Positions 37,623 through 47,045 of a stretch of 64,000 bases of DNA are shown here, in pieces. Source of the stretch: Syntrophales bacterium (lineage in GTDB: Bacteria > Desulfobacterota > Syntrophia > Syntrophales > UBA2210); NCBI GenBank assembly GCA_963666365.2, contig CAXXNF010000001.1:512001-576000 (forward strand), in the 5' to 3' direction. The position numbers and the translations under genes are program-made. Positions within the stretch are counted from its first letter, which is position 1. Every line of letters begins with the position of its first letter. The notes beneath the pieces were generated by a model, which saw only the letters and a program-made list of their open reading frames with translations, did no database searches and was not told the DNA's origin.

Positions 37623-40600
37623 ATGCTCATGGATGCACCCGGCCACATACTCGGCATCGACATCGGCTCTGTTGCCCTCGCTGCGGCAGAAATCGACGCA
37701 CATAAACAGGTTATAGGCTCCACCTATGTCTTTCATCATGGTGATATAAGGGGGGCACTGCACACCGCGCTTTCCTCATTCGACCTCTCGAAGATAGGGG
37801 CTATCGCCGCCACATCGTCGACACCGAAGTTTCTGCGAACTACCCGAATCTACGACAATCCTGTTGCCGTCATCGCTGCATGCCGGCATTTTTTTCCCCG
37901 TATCGGATCAATCCTGCTGGTGGGGGGCGAGCGTTTCGGCGTCATACATTTCGATGAGGAGGGAAATTATAAAAAATTCAGGACCAACAGCTCCTGTGCG
38001 GCAGGAACCGGAAGTTTTCTGGACCAGCAGGCGCGCCGGCTTAATCTTGAAGGCGCAGAGGAACTGGCCCGCATTGCCCTGAAACACGAAGGCGGAATTC
38101 CTAAAATCGCCTCGCGGTGCGCAGTCTTCGCCAAAACCGATCTGGTGCACGCCCAGCAGGAGGGCTATTCGCTTGCGGCCATCTGTGATGGTCTCTGCCG
38201 GGGATTGGCAAAAAATATCGTTGATACCCTGTTCGAAAAGGAAAGCTCCCTTTCACCCATTATATTCGCCGGAGGTGTGGCAAAGAACAGGGCCGTAGTA
38301 CACCATATTTCGTCGATACTGGGGGAAGAGATCATCACCGATGAGAAGGCGCCCCTCTTCGGCGCCCTGGGCGCCGCCTTTTCTCTGGTCGATGAACCTG
38401 CCCCCGCGGGTGCGTCGATGCAGCTTCGAACTATTGAGGACGTTCTAATACGAAAATCAGGTACAATCTCTTACGCACACCCTCCACTGGAGCTTACGCT
38501 TTCCTCGTACCCCGAATTCACCAGCGAAGAGAGTTATCACTATCAGGACGAAAATTCCCCGCGTGCCTGCCCCATAGAAGTGGACGTCTATGCCCGTACC
38601 GAACCGGGAACACACATGGAGGCATACCTGGGAGTGGATATCGGCTCCACAAGCACGAAGGCAATAGTGTATCTTACGAATGAAACCGTGCTGGCAGCCT
38701 TTTATACCAGGACTGCGGGACGACCGATTGACGCCGTCCAGGAGATCATGTCGGCCATTGCCGATATGATGGAACGAAGAAAGGTGCATCTCACCTTCCT
38801 TGGCGCCGGCACCACCGGTTCAGGCAGAAAATTCATAGGGAACATAATCGGCGCCGATCTCATCATCGACGAGATTACCGCCCATGCCCGCGCCGCCGTG
38901 CACATCAGACCCGATGCCGATACAATCATTGAAATCGGCGGACAGGATTCAAAGTTCACTACCCTCGGCGACGGCATGGTCACCTTCTCAACTATGAATA
39001 CGGTCTGTGCCGCCGGTACGGGCAGTTTTATCGAGGAGCAGGCACAAAAACTCAACTGTCCCCTTTCCGAGTATGCAGACAGGGCGGAACACCGGAAATC
39101 CCCCGTCGCAAGCGACCGATGTACCGTCTTCATGGAACGTGACCTGAATTATTATCTTGGCGAAGGATATTCGCGGGATGAAGTACTGGCGTCGGTTCTT
39201 CATTCGATCAGAGAAAATTATCTTACCAAGGTGGCCACAGAGGGAATGATTGGTGACTGCATTCTCTTTCAGGGCGCCACTGCAAAAAACCGGGCACTGG
39301 TCGCCGCATTTGAAGCCCGTCTGAAAAAGCCGATCCATGTGTCCCGCTACTGCCATGTGACCGGGGCCCTCGGCGTCGCACTGATGCTTCAGGAAGAACG
39401 CATCCGCACCACATCCTTTCGTGGAATGTCTCTCATTGGTACAACCATCCCCGTAAGATCCGAGGTATGTGACCTGTGTACCAATCACTGTAAGATCACC
39501 ATTGCCGAGATTGAGGGAGCCCATGTGGCCTACGGATTTCTCTGCGGAAGAGACTACGAAACCAAGCGGTATGTCGCCAGGAATCGTTCAGGATTCGATC
39601 TTATGAAAGCCCGCAAAAAAATAACCTCGGTGACGCCCCCCGATACCCTGAGGGACGACATCGTAATAGGCATTCCCGCGGCACTTTACCTCAAGGACGA
39701 TCTTCCTTTCTGGAAAAAATTTTTCGCAGAGCTTTCCATAAGAACCATTACCAGCGAAGAGTACCGTACCGCCGTGATCGACGGCAAGAGATTGGCGGGG
39801 GCCGAATTTTGCGCACCCCTGGAGGCAATGCACGGCCATGTTGATTACCTGCTGGGGAAGGCCGATTTCGTCTTTCTTCCCTTTTATATGGAACAGAAAA
39901 CGGACGATCGCGCCGTTCGCCGCCACTACTGTTACTATACACAGTTCGCCCCCACACTGGCGGCGGCCATGGCGGACCACAGGCGGGACCGACTGCTTAT
40001 GCCCCTCGTGCACTATCTCTACAGCGGGCTTCATACCAAAGGGGAACTTTACCGGACACTCAAGCCCCTGATGAAAGGACCGCCCAGCTACTTCGAGATA
40101 TCGTCGGCCTATGAAAAGGCCACTGTGTTCAAACAATCATGCCTTGAAAAATTCAGGAAACGTTACCGGGAAGAAACTGCCGGCAAGAATGAAATGCATG
40201 TGGTGTTTCTGGGAAGACCCTATACGATGCTGGACGAATCGATGAACAAAAGGATTCCTGCAGTTTTTGAATCACTGGGAATAAAAGCGTTCTATCAGGA
40301 TATGCTCTCCTCCGGTGATAATATCCTCTCGCCGATCGCACCGCTGCTTCGTGAATTTCACTGGCATTATGCGGCACAGATTCTTGAGGCCTCCCGCATT
40401 GTCGCCGCATCGAAGGACGCCTATCCGGTGTTTGTCACATCCTTTCGATGCTCCCCTGATTCCTTTGTCATTGAATATTTCAAAAAGATCATGGAATCTC
40501 ACGGAAAACCCTATCTGATCCTGCAACTCGACGAACATGATTCGAATGTGGGCTATGAAACACGAATTGAAGCTGCCGTCAGATCCTTCAGAAATCACCA

Positions 40601-41879
40601 TGCAAAAGCGAATATCGCAGGTCATATTCATTACCGCCCCGCACTCATCCCGTCGTCCATCACCAGACTTAACGGAAAAACACTGATCTTTCCCAATTGG
40701 GATGCCCTTTCACTCAAACTGCTCATGGTATGCCTTCGACAGAGGGGAATCGATGCCAGGCTTCTGGAAGAAAGCGAAGGTGCGATTCAGGAAAGCCTTC
40801 ATTTTAACACGGGCCAATGTATTCCGCTCAATATCATCGCCATGGAATTCATCGACTATGTAAGGCGCCACAATCTCGATCCCTGCAACACGGCGCTCTG
40901 GATGATGGACTCGGTCATCCCCTGCAATCTTCGCCTGTTTCGACATCATATCAAAAACCTCTGTGCCTCATACGGCAATGGGATGGAACAGGCGGCAGTC
41001 TATGCCGGAGGACTTTCAATGGCGGATCTGTCACTGAAAGTTCCCCTGGATGCATATTTTGCCTTCATGTTCGGGGGACTTTTGAGGAAAATGGGATGCA
41101 GGATCAGACCCTATGAAACGATAAAAGGCGCCACCGATAGGGTAATCGATGAGAGTATTGCCGTTTTTTCCGATGCCTTTCGTGGAAAATGTTCTAAAGA
41201 AGAAGCCGTTGCAGAAGTGGTGTCGCTATTCGAGGCCATAGAAACGAGCAATGGCAACAGACCCCGCCCCAAGGTTGCCATCTTCGGCGATCTTTATGCC
41301 CGCGACAATGAGGTGATGAATCAACACCTGATTCACTTCATAGAGGAACAGGGAGGGGAAGTCATCACCACTCCGTACAGTTCCTATGTCAAGATGATCA
41401 CCGGTCCCTATTTCAGAAAATGGTTCTTTGAAGGGCGCCTTCTCGAAGTCCTCTCTTCAGGGGGACTGATCACCCTCATCAAGAGGCTGGAAGACCGCTA
41501 TCTACAGTATTTCAATCGCATTCTGCCGCATGCGGAACCGGCCTACGACGAACCTTCCCAGCGCATTCTCTCGAAGTACCACATGAGAATAGAACACACG
41601 GGAGAATCGATGGATAACATCCTCAAAATATTCTACCTCCTCAGGCATTATCCCGACCTTTCGCTTTTCGTCCAGACAAGTCCCGCCTTCTGTTGTCCTT
41701 CTCTTGTGACGGAGGCAATGGCGAACCGGATCGAAGCAGAGACGGTCATCCCCATTGTGTCCATAACCTACGATGGAACGGGAGGCAACAAAAACAATGC
41801 AATCACCCCCTATTTGACCTTTCCCCGTCGCCTTCCCGCAAAGCGCGATGACCTGCGCAGGGCCAAGGCTGTGTCGTAA
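37623..41879 (+). CDS. Fused acyl-CoA dehydratase activase (two BadF/BadG/BcrA/BcrD ATPase domains plus DUF2229/dehydratase-like domains)
   Basis: GIDIGS and GVDIGSTSTK; CAAGTGSF twice, RC.VF, EIGGQDSK, C..C.N.C, SFRCSPDS, DEH..G..TRIEA; start 37623 or 37629. Confidence 0.9.
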   Translation: MLMDAPGHILGIDIGSVALAAAEIDAHKQVIGSTYVFHHGDIRGALHTALSSFDLSKIGAIAATSSTPKFLRTTRIYDNPVAVIAACRHFFPRIGSILLVGGERFGVIHFDEEGNYKKFRTNSSCAAGTGSFLDQQARRLNLEGAEELARIALKHEGGIPKIASRCAVFAKTDLVHAQQEGYSLAAICDGLCRGLAKNIVDTLFEKESSLSPIIFAGGVAKNRAVVHHISSILGEEIITDEKAPLFGALGAAFSLVDEPAPAGASMQLRTIEDVLIRKSGTISYAHPPLELTLSSYPEFTSEESYHYQDENSPRACPIEVDVYARTEPGTHMEAYLGVDIGSTSTKAIVYLTNETVLAAFYTRTAGRPIDAVQEIMSAIADMMERRKVHLTFLGAGTTGSGRKFIGNIIGADLIIDEITAHARAAVHIRPDADTIIEIGGQDSKFTTLGDGMVTFSTMNTVCAAGTGSFIEEQAQKLNCPLSEYADRAEHRKSPVASDRCTVFMERDLNYYLGEGYSRDEVLASVLHSIRENYLTKVATEGMIGDCILFQGATAKNRALVAAFEARLKKPIHVSRYCHVTGALGVALMLQEERIRTTSFRGMSLIGTTIPVRSEVCDLCTNHCKITIAEIEGAHVAYGFLCGRDYETKRYVARNRSGFDLMKARKKITSVTPPDTLRDDIVIGIPAALYLKDDLPFWKKFFAELSIRTITSEEYRTAVIDGKRLAGAEFCAPLEAMHGHVDYLLGKADFVFLPFYMEQKTDDRAVRRHYCYYTQFAPTLAAAMADHRRDRLLMPLVHYLYSGLHTKGELYRTLKPLMKGPPSYFEISSAYEKATVFKQSCLEKFRKRYREETAGKNEMHVVFLGRPYTMLDESMNKRIPAVFESLGIKAFYQDMLSSGDNILSPIAPLLREFHWHYAAQILEASRIVAASKDAYPVFVTSFRCSPDSFVIEYFKKIMESHGKPYLILQLDEHDSNVGYETRIEAAVRSFRNHHAKANIAGHIHYRPALIPSSITRLNGKTLIFPNWDALSLKLLMVCLRQRGIDARLLEESEGAIQESLHFNTGQCIPLNIIAMEFIDYVRRHNLDPCNTALWMMDSVIPCNLRLFRHHIKNLCASYGNGMEQAAVYAGGLSMADLSLKVPLDAYFAFMFGGLLRKMGCRIRPYETIKGATDRVIDESIAVFSDAFRGKCSKEEAVAEVVSLFEAIETSNGNRPRPKVAIFGDLYARDNEVMNQHLIHFIEEQGGEVITTPYSSYVKMITGPYFRKWFFEGRLLEVLSSGGLITLIKRLEDRYLQYFNRILPHAEPAYDEPSQRILSKYHMRIEHTGESMDNILKIFYLLRHYPDLSLFVQTSPAFCCPSLVTEAMANRIEAETVIPIVSITYDGTGGNKNNAITPYLTFPRRLPAKRDDLRRAKAVS

Positions 41880-41881
41880 CA

Positions 41882-41908
41882 GTTTGGTCTGTTTGGTCTG
41901 TTTGGTCT
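41882..41908. repeat. Tandem repeat (GTTTGGTCT)x3
   Basis: Three exact 9-bp copies just after the activase stop codon. Confidence 0.9.
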
Positions 41909-41911
41909 GCC

Positions 41912-41990
41912 TGTCTGACCGACTAAATCTATTCTGCGACAAAATGAAATGTAATCGGCGACAAGGAAATGAAATCGGCGACAAAATATA
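41912..41990. repeat. Putative prophage end: TGT terminus plus repeated transposase-binding sites
   Basis: TGTCTGACCGACTAAA, then GCGACAA at 41936, 41958 and 41978 (AATCGGCGACAA twice). Confidence 0.65.
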
Positions 41991-42085
41991 TACGCTTAAT
42001 TCAGGGCGCAAAAATCCTGTCGGTTCAGAACTTGATGTTTGTAAAGGCTCGAACCAGCAGGGGAATGGTCTTTATGTGTTAATGT

Positions 42086-42865
42086 CTATGCCGTATTCGG
42101 CTTGTAATTCATAATCAGCAGTTCATTGGCAGCCTTTCTTTTGTCGCCGCCAGCCGCAGTGTAGGTCGTGGCCACCTCCTCGATGTGAAAATCTTTGTAC
42201 AAATCCCGGATTAATTCAGTGTCGTTGATAGACATAATAAATTGACCTTGAATGATGGCCAGGATATCTCGCAGCACTTTGAAGTCTTTGTGGCTAAATA
42301 TGCCGTCTCCATAGTAGTTTTCAAACCCATGATAAGGCGGATCGATATAAAAAAACGTGTGCGGCTTGTCGAACCTCTTGATTAGGTCAGCATACTGTCT
42401 GTTCTCAATGTAGACGCGTGAAAGACGCAAGTGGGCCGCCGAGAGATCCTCTTCAATCCTAAGCAAATTCAGGCTTGGCGGTCTTGTGGCGCTGATGTTG
42501 AGCGAGGGGCTCTTGATGCGGGCGGCATAGCCGGTTCGGAGAAGGTAATAAAACCTCACTGCCCGTTGGATATCTGTGAGCGATTCCGGGGTTTCCGCCT
42601 TAAAACGTTCGAACTCCTCCCTTGCTACAAGGATCCATTTAAGATATCGAATAAATTCTTCCAGGTGGTTCTTCACAACCCGGTAAAGCGTTACCAGGTC
42701 AGTGTTAATGTCGTTGATGATCTCCACCTTCGATTCTTCCTTCCTGAACAAAAGCCAAGCGGCACCCGCGAAAACTTCACAGTAACAGGTATGTTCCGGT
42801 ATTTTCTCAATTATCCTTTTTGTCAGTAATGATTTTCCACCCATGTACGATAAAAAGCTGTTCAT
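42086..42865 (-). CDS. DNA adenine methyltransferase (D12/Dam class)
   Basis: YMGGKS, EVFAG, INDIN, FYIDPPY; occupies the Mu mom-equivalent terminal position. Confidence 0.93.
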   Translation of the reverse strand: MNSFLSYMGGKSLLTKRIIEKIPEHTCYCEVFAGAAWLLFRKEESKVEIINDINTDLVTLYRVVKNHLEEFIRYLKWILVAREEFERFKAETPESLTDIQRAVRFYYLLRTGYAARIKSPSLNISATRPPSLNLLRIEEDLSAAHLRLSRVYIENRQYADLIKRFDKPHTFFYIDPPYHGFENYYGDGIFSHKDFKVLRDILAIIQGQFIMSINDTELIRDLYKDFHIEEVATTYTAAGGDKRKAANELLIMNYKPNTA

Positions 42866-43137
42866 AATATCTCCCTCAGATCTTGTGCTTGAGGGACGAC
42901 TCTGCTACAAAGCCCGGTTTATCTAGTACAGCGGATGGTAGCGGGTCATCCCGTCCTGTCTATACACAGGGTCTGGGGAGCGTCACCTCCCTGGAATACT
43001 GTCCGCGTTTTTTTCTTTCTTTTTTTCTATTAGGTTGCTATATTCGGCTTCACTGGACCATCGGGACGTGCGGGTGGCGCTTATACCGATACAGCATCCT
43101 GTTATCCGATTCATGGCCTCCTCTTCTGCCGCCCGCA

Positions 43138-44502
43138 TTACCTCTTGTATGATTTTTCCCGCTTTTTCTTTATTTTCTTTACCGATACACCATCCGGCCT
43201 CGGGATGATCCGTTTTTTTGCGCGGACGGGCCCGCCCGCGGGCATGAATCTCCAGTCGACGCCGGTCGGCAGCCCGACGGTGATTTCTTTGTCCGGCCAG
43301 GCTGCCTCGGCTTCGTCGTCTATTTCGTATTCCTTGCGAATCACCTCGGCCAGGTCGCGGGCATTACCGGTGCGCTGCGTCATTTCGCGCAAGGTTTTCT
43401 CGTCCGGGTTGACGACGATCAGTTCGTAGCGGTCTGTGTTGTACGCCCCGAAGGGGTGCGGCACGGCTTCCGGGTCGCCGCCGTTGCCGAAACAGGGGTG
43501 ATCCGGGGCCTGGTATACGGCGGCCAGCGCGCCGGTTTCACGGTCTCTCAGGGCGAATATCCAGTATACCTCGCCCGATGAGGTGACGTAGGTCTGCTGT
43601 GCGTAGGACGCAAGGGTCATGTCGGACCCGGACGAAGTTTCGCAGTCCTGCCGCAGGTAGATGCGCGTCAGATAGGTGGATCCGATGTCCTCGGCCTCTA
43701 CATGGCGCGCCGTCATGGTTTTCGACACCCAGACCGGGGAGCTTCCGCCCGCCGCCTGTTTGAATTGCGGTTGAAAGCCGTAGGCGCCGCCGGGCAGTGT
43801 CAGATGGGCGCTCTCGCTGCGGGTATCGGTCCCATTCCAGGGGCCGTCGGATATGGACACGCTGCCGGAGCTGGTCTTGAGCGCGCCCTGCGTGATGGCG
43901 TCGTCGATGTCGATGCCGTCAAAATAGGCGCTTCCGGCTACGTCGGTGTCGGTATAGCCGCCGATGAGGATGATTTTGAGGTACCGCGCCGTAGCGGGGA
44001 CGGTGAGCCGTGAGGTGTAGCCCGTGGCCGTGGTGGGGTTCGACGTGCTTGTGTAGAGGTCCTCGCTCGATATTTCCACTTTCGCCGCCGTGTAGTAGGT
44101 GATCCGGACAATGTTTTTCATGCCCGCGGCGGAGGCCCAGGTGATGTAGCGCAGCACATAATCAAGGTTCGGCGATATCTCCAGGTAGCCGCTTGTAAGG
44201 CTGCCGCCGCCGTTTCCCGCGCCGCCCGGATGGGTGAATTTATAGGCCTGTGCGCCGTGCGCCGGGCTTGTGGTTTCTATTGCGCCGGCGCCGCCTGAAT
44301 AAAGCGACTGCGTCCAGTTGTCGGGCACGCCGTCGCTGTCGCTGTCGATCTCGAAGGACCCGTTGGGGACGCCCGCCCCGGCGGATTGTGACATGACCAG
44401 GCTGTAGAGGTAATCGAAATTATCCTTTATTTTTCTAAAGAGAGATTGTTTCCCCGGTTTGCCCGCCGTGGTTTCCGTTGTGGTCAATGCGTTGTATGAC
44501 AT
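43138..44502 (-). CDS. Phage tail fibre/receptor-binding protein with carbohydrate-binding-module-like domain
   Basis: NGSFE.D.D.DGVPDNW..VPATARYLKI..AYFDGI (CBM4/9-like); distal tail position. Confidence 0.65.
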   Translation of the reverse strand: MSYNALTTTETTAGKPGKQSLFRKIKDNFDYLYSLVMSQSAGAGVPNGSFEIDSDSDGVPDNWTQSLYSGGAGAIETTSPAHGAQAYKFTHPGGAGNGGGSLTSGYLEISPNLDYVLRYITWASAAGMKNIVRITYYTAAKVEISSEDLYTSTSNPTTATGYTSRLTVPATARYLKIILIGGYTDTDVAGSAYFDGIDIDDAITQGALKTSSGSVSISDGPWNGTDTRSESAHLTLPGGAYGFQPQFKQAAGGSSPVWVSKTMTARHVEAEDIGSTYLTRIYLRQDCETSSGSDMTLASYAQQTYVTSSGEVYWIFALRDRETGALAAVYQAPDHPCFGNGGDPEAVPHPFGAYNTDRYELIVVNPDEKTLREMTQRTGNARDLAEVIRKEYEIDDEAEAAWPDKEITVGLPTGVDWRFMPAGGPVRAKKRIIPRPDGVSVKKIKKKREKSYKR

Positions 44503-44511
44503 GGTATGCTC

Positions 44512-46284
44512 CTAATAAATATCGTATCCATCGGTTTCATCCGGCATGTCGCCGGAGTCTGCGGTAATGTAGCCGTATTCCCTGTCGTCTTCGTCGGCGT
44601 CGTCGTAGTCCGGGGCGTCGTCCGGGGCGATGATGAATATTTTTCGCTTCGGCAGTTCCATGAGGGACAGGGTGATGACGCCCTTTTGTTCCTCCCTTTT
44701 CACGACTTGATACCGGCCCAGGGTGACGGGGTTGCCTTCTCTGTCCTCCAGCTCGTCGGTGGTCAGGCGCACATAGCCGCCGGTCCTTATTTCGCTGTCT
44801 TTGATTTCCACGGCTACTTTGACGATGGGGTGGGCTTCCCGCTGGTTTATGACGCGCCGTGCCGCCAGATCGCCGATAAAGCCGGTCATTTCCTCTTCTG
44901 AATGCTCGCCTGTTCTCATCCACCGGCAATAGAGGATCTTTTCCGCTTCCTCGCCGTAGGCGTTCTCTCCTTCGCTTTCCGCGTCGACGGCAATGTCAAT
45001 GCGCTTGTAGTTCGTTTCGTCGTCCACGTCCTCGATGACGCTTCGCCGGTCCCAGTAGACGACGACGCGGGAGATCCTGCTGTCCGGGTTGAGATCCGCC
45101 GCCCCGGAGGCGTGGACGTTATTCGCCTCGTCGGTCAGCGCGGTATATGCCCGATCGCCGCGGTTGGGGGTGTTCCGGGCGATGGTGATTTTGAGATCCT
45201 CTGCTACCCAGGTCTTGCAGTCCAGTAGGTCGATCAATTCAAAATAGAGCTCGGAGAGCTTCGTCGGTTCGCTGATCATCGCCGATATATCGATTTCGCC
45301 GCCGGGCCAGTCCTTTGCGTCGTCGAAGGCGTCCGTATCGATATACTCGGTGTCGATCTCTGCATCGGCCTGGAGCATTTCCGTGTTTAGGATGTCGAGA
45401 GGATTGTCCCAGTCGTAATACCTGCATGGCTGGACTTTGTCGTTTTCGTCGTGGCTGTCCGCCTCGGTGCCAAACGCGCCCCGCGTGAGACTGGACAGGA
45501 CGCCCGTGGTGTCGTTTTTCGCGCCGTAATACATGATCTCGTCGCCGATACGGACATAGCCGGTCTCGTCGAGATCGGACGCGTCAGAGACGGTGAGGGC
45601 GGTGTCGTCGGCGTCTATGGCGGCTACCAGCTTTAAATCGACTTTTGCCGGGACGTAGATTTTTGACAGGTCTTTCAGGAGGTCCACGGCCTCGACGGAG
45701 ACTTTTCCCTTCCCCAGGGTGATCGTGTCGATTTTCATGTAATAGCGCTGCTGAAAATTGCCCTCGGCCATGCCGAGAAAGCCCTCGTATATTTCCAGGG
45801 GACGGCCTTTGTAGTGCGGATTGCGGGCCAGGAGCTTTTTCCAGAATGTTCCCTGGACGCCGGACCGCTCATCAACGTAGGGATCGACGCCGATGTCCCC
45901 GTCCTCTTCGTCGGCAAATTCGACGGTGACGCGGGCGTTGACGGTCAGGCTGTCCTTGATCTCCGTGGCCAAGGGCTTGATGGCAAGCACGTAGGGGCGC
46001 TCGCCCTCGCTGAAGGGCAGTGGAGTGTTAGTGGAGGTGAATTTGTACTCCTTGGTACCGCGGGAGTAGTGGTCTTTGTCCTTGCAGGTGCGGTAGGTGT
46101 TGTAGCAGGGCGCGCCTGTGGCGGCGCAGGGGGCCTCGCCGAAGGTGTGCCCGCAGTAATCGAGCGTCAGCACGACAAGGGACACCGGCGTCCGGGACAG
46201 GCTGTCCCGGTAGTAGTCATATTCGATGACTCCCCAGGGGATTGCGCCCCAGGGGAAGTCGCCCCAGGCCGATGTGGTCATCAA
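44512..46284 (-). CDS. Phage tail tip / baseplate-hub-like protein
   Basis: Position after the distal tail genes; Cys cluster C..T.G..PC....PCYNT..TC; G.VRIGDEI..RG.FGT.A..H repeat; acidic composition. Confidence 0.6.
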   Translation of the reverse strand: MMTTSAWGDFPWGAIPWGVIEYDYYRDSLSRTPVSLVVLTLDYCGHTFGEAPCAATGAPCYNTYRTCKDKDHYSRGTKEYKFTSTNTPLPFSEGERPYVLAIKPLATEIKDSLTVNARVTVEFADEEDGDIGVDPYVDERSGVQGTFWKKLLARNPHYKGRPLEIYEGFLGMAEGNFQQRYYMKIDTITLGKGKVSVEAVDLLKDLSKIYVPAKVDLKLVAAIDADDTALTVSDASDLDETGYVRIGDEIMYYGAKNDTTGVLSSLTRGAFGTEADSHDENDKVQPCRYYDWDNPLDILNTEMLQADAEIDTEYIDTDAFDDAKDWPGGEIDISAMISEPTKLSELYFELIDLLDCKTWVAEDLKITIARNTPNRGDRAYTALTDEANNVHASGAADLNPDSRISRVVVYWDRRSVIEDVDDETNYKRIDIAVDAESEGENAYGEEAEKILYCRWMRTGEHSEEEMTGFIGDLAARRVINQREAHPIVKVAVEIKDSEIRTGGYVRLTTDELEDREGNPVTLGRYQVVKREEQKGVITLSLMELPKRKIFIIAPDDAPDYDDADEDDREYGYITADSGDMPDETDGYDIY

Positions 46285-47045
46285 TAGCCTCGTGACGCAA
46301 GGAATTCAGACGTTATAAGATACTCTCCATACCCGTACCCGTAATTTTCTGTCGGCGTCGTGACATAGTCGGATTCGGCGAAAGAACCGGTACATGATTT
46401 ATTACTCAAAGTTCCATTTATCTCTGTCTTTTGCATGGACACAACCGCCAGGTTTATTGCTTTGAAATGATATACGCCCCTGGTCAACATGCACTGGCGG
46501 AATATTATGCTGCCGCTCTGGTCCGCAGTCGTGTGATATACGTCATTGATAAAAGCCGTTGCCGAGTAATAGATATGACACTTGTTGAATATGGCGTCCT
46601 GCGCTCCGGAAAGCCGTATCACTCCCTTGCCGTCCCAGGAATAATTGTAAAACAGTTTTATATTTTCAAAGATTCCCGACGCGCCGTTGGCAAGCCACAA
46701 CAACGCGCCGAGGCTTGATTCAGTTGTGAGCGATAGTACCGTATCTTCAGGAGATTCGCCCATGCCTCGCACAAAGATTTTCTTGCTGCCTAAAGAAACG
46801 GAATTGTTGGTCAGGTCGTGATTCCCGTAAACAAGAATCATGTCGCTGTCACCTGCCGCGTCCCATGCGGATTTGAAGTTTTCATAATCTTTTCCCGATC
46901 CTGCGGTGATGATGTTGCCGCTCCACCCGTCAGGGCCGGGCGCGCTTCCCATTCCGTTCTCAACGCCCAGGATCTTGGCGATTTTCCCGGTTTCCACCCC
47001 GCATATCTTTGCAGGCGTTATGCCCAGTATCTTAACTATGCTCAT
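46281..47045 (-). CDS. Phage fibre-associated protein, beta-helix/pectin-lyase-like; visibly lower GC
   Basis: N-terminal KILG..AKI.GV..IAKILGV repeat, then G.GKDY..F..A..AA..D.ILV parallel beta-helix entry motif. Confidence 0.55.
   Translation of the reverse strand: MSIVKILGITPAKICGVETGKIAKILGVENGMGSAPGPDGWSGNIITAGSGKDYENFKSAWDAAGDSDMILVYGNHDLTNNSVSLGSKKIFVRGMGESPEDTVLSLTTESSLGALLWLANGASGIFENIKLFYNYSWDGKGVIRLSGAQDAIFNKCHIYYSATAFINDVYHTTADQSGSIIFRQCMLTRGVYHFKAINLAVVSMQKTEINGTLSNKSCTGSFAESDYVTTPTENYGYGYGEYLITSEFLASRGY

Noticed and set aside
42886..43140. Com-like translational activator upstream of the methylase
   Set aside because: No short ORF with paired CxxC motifs found in the minus-strand frames I read
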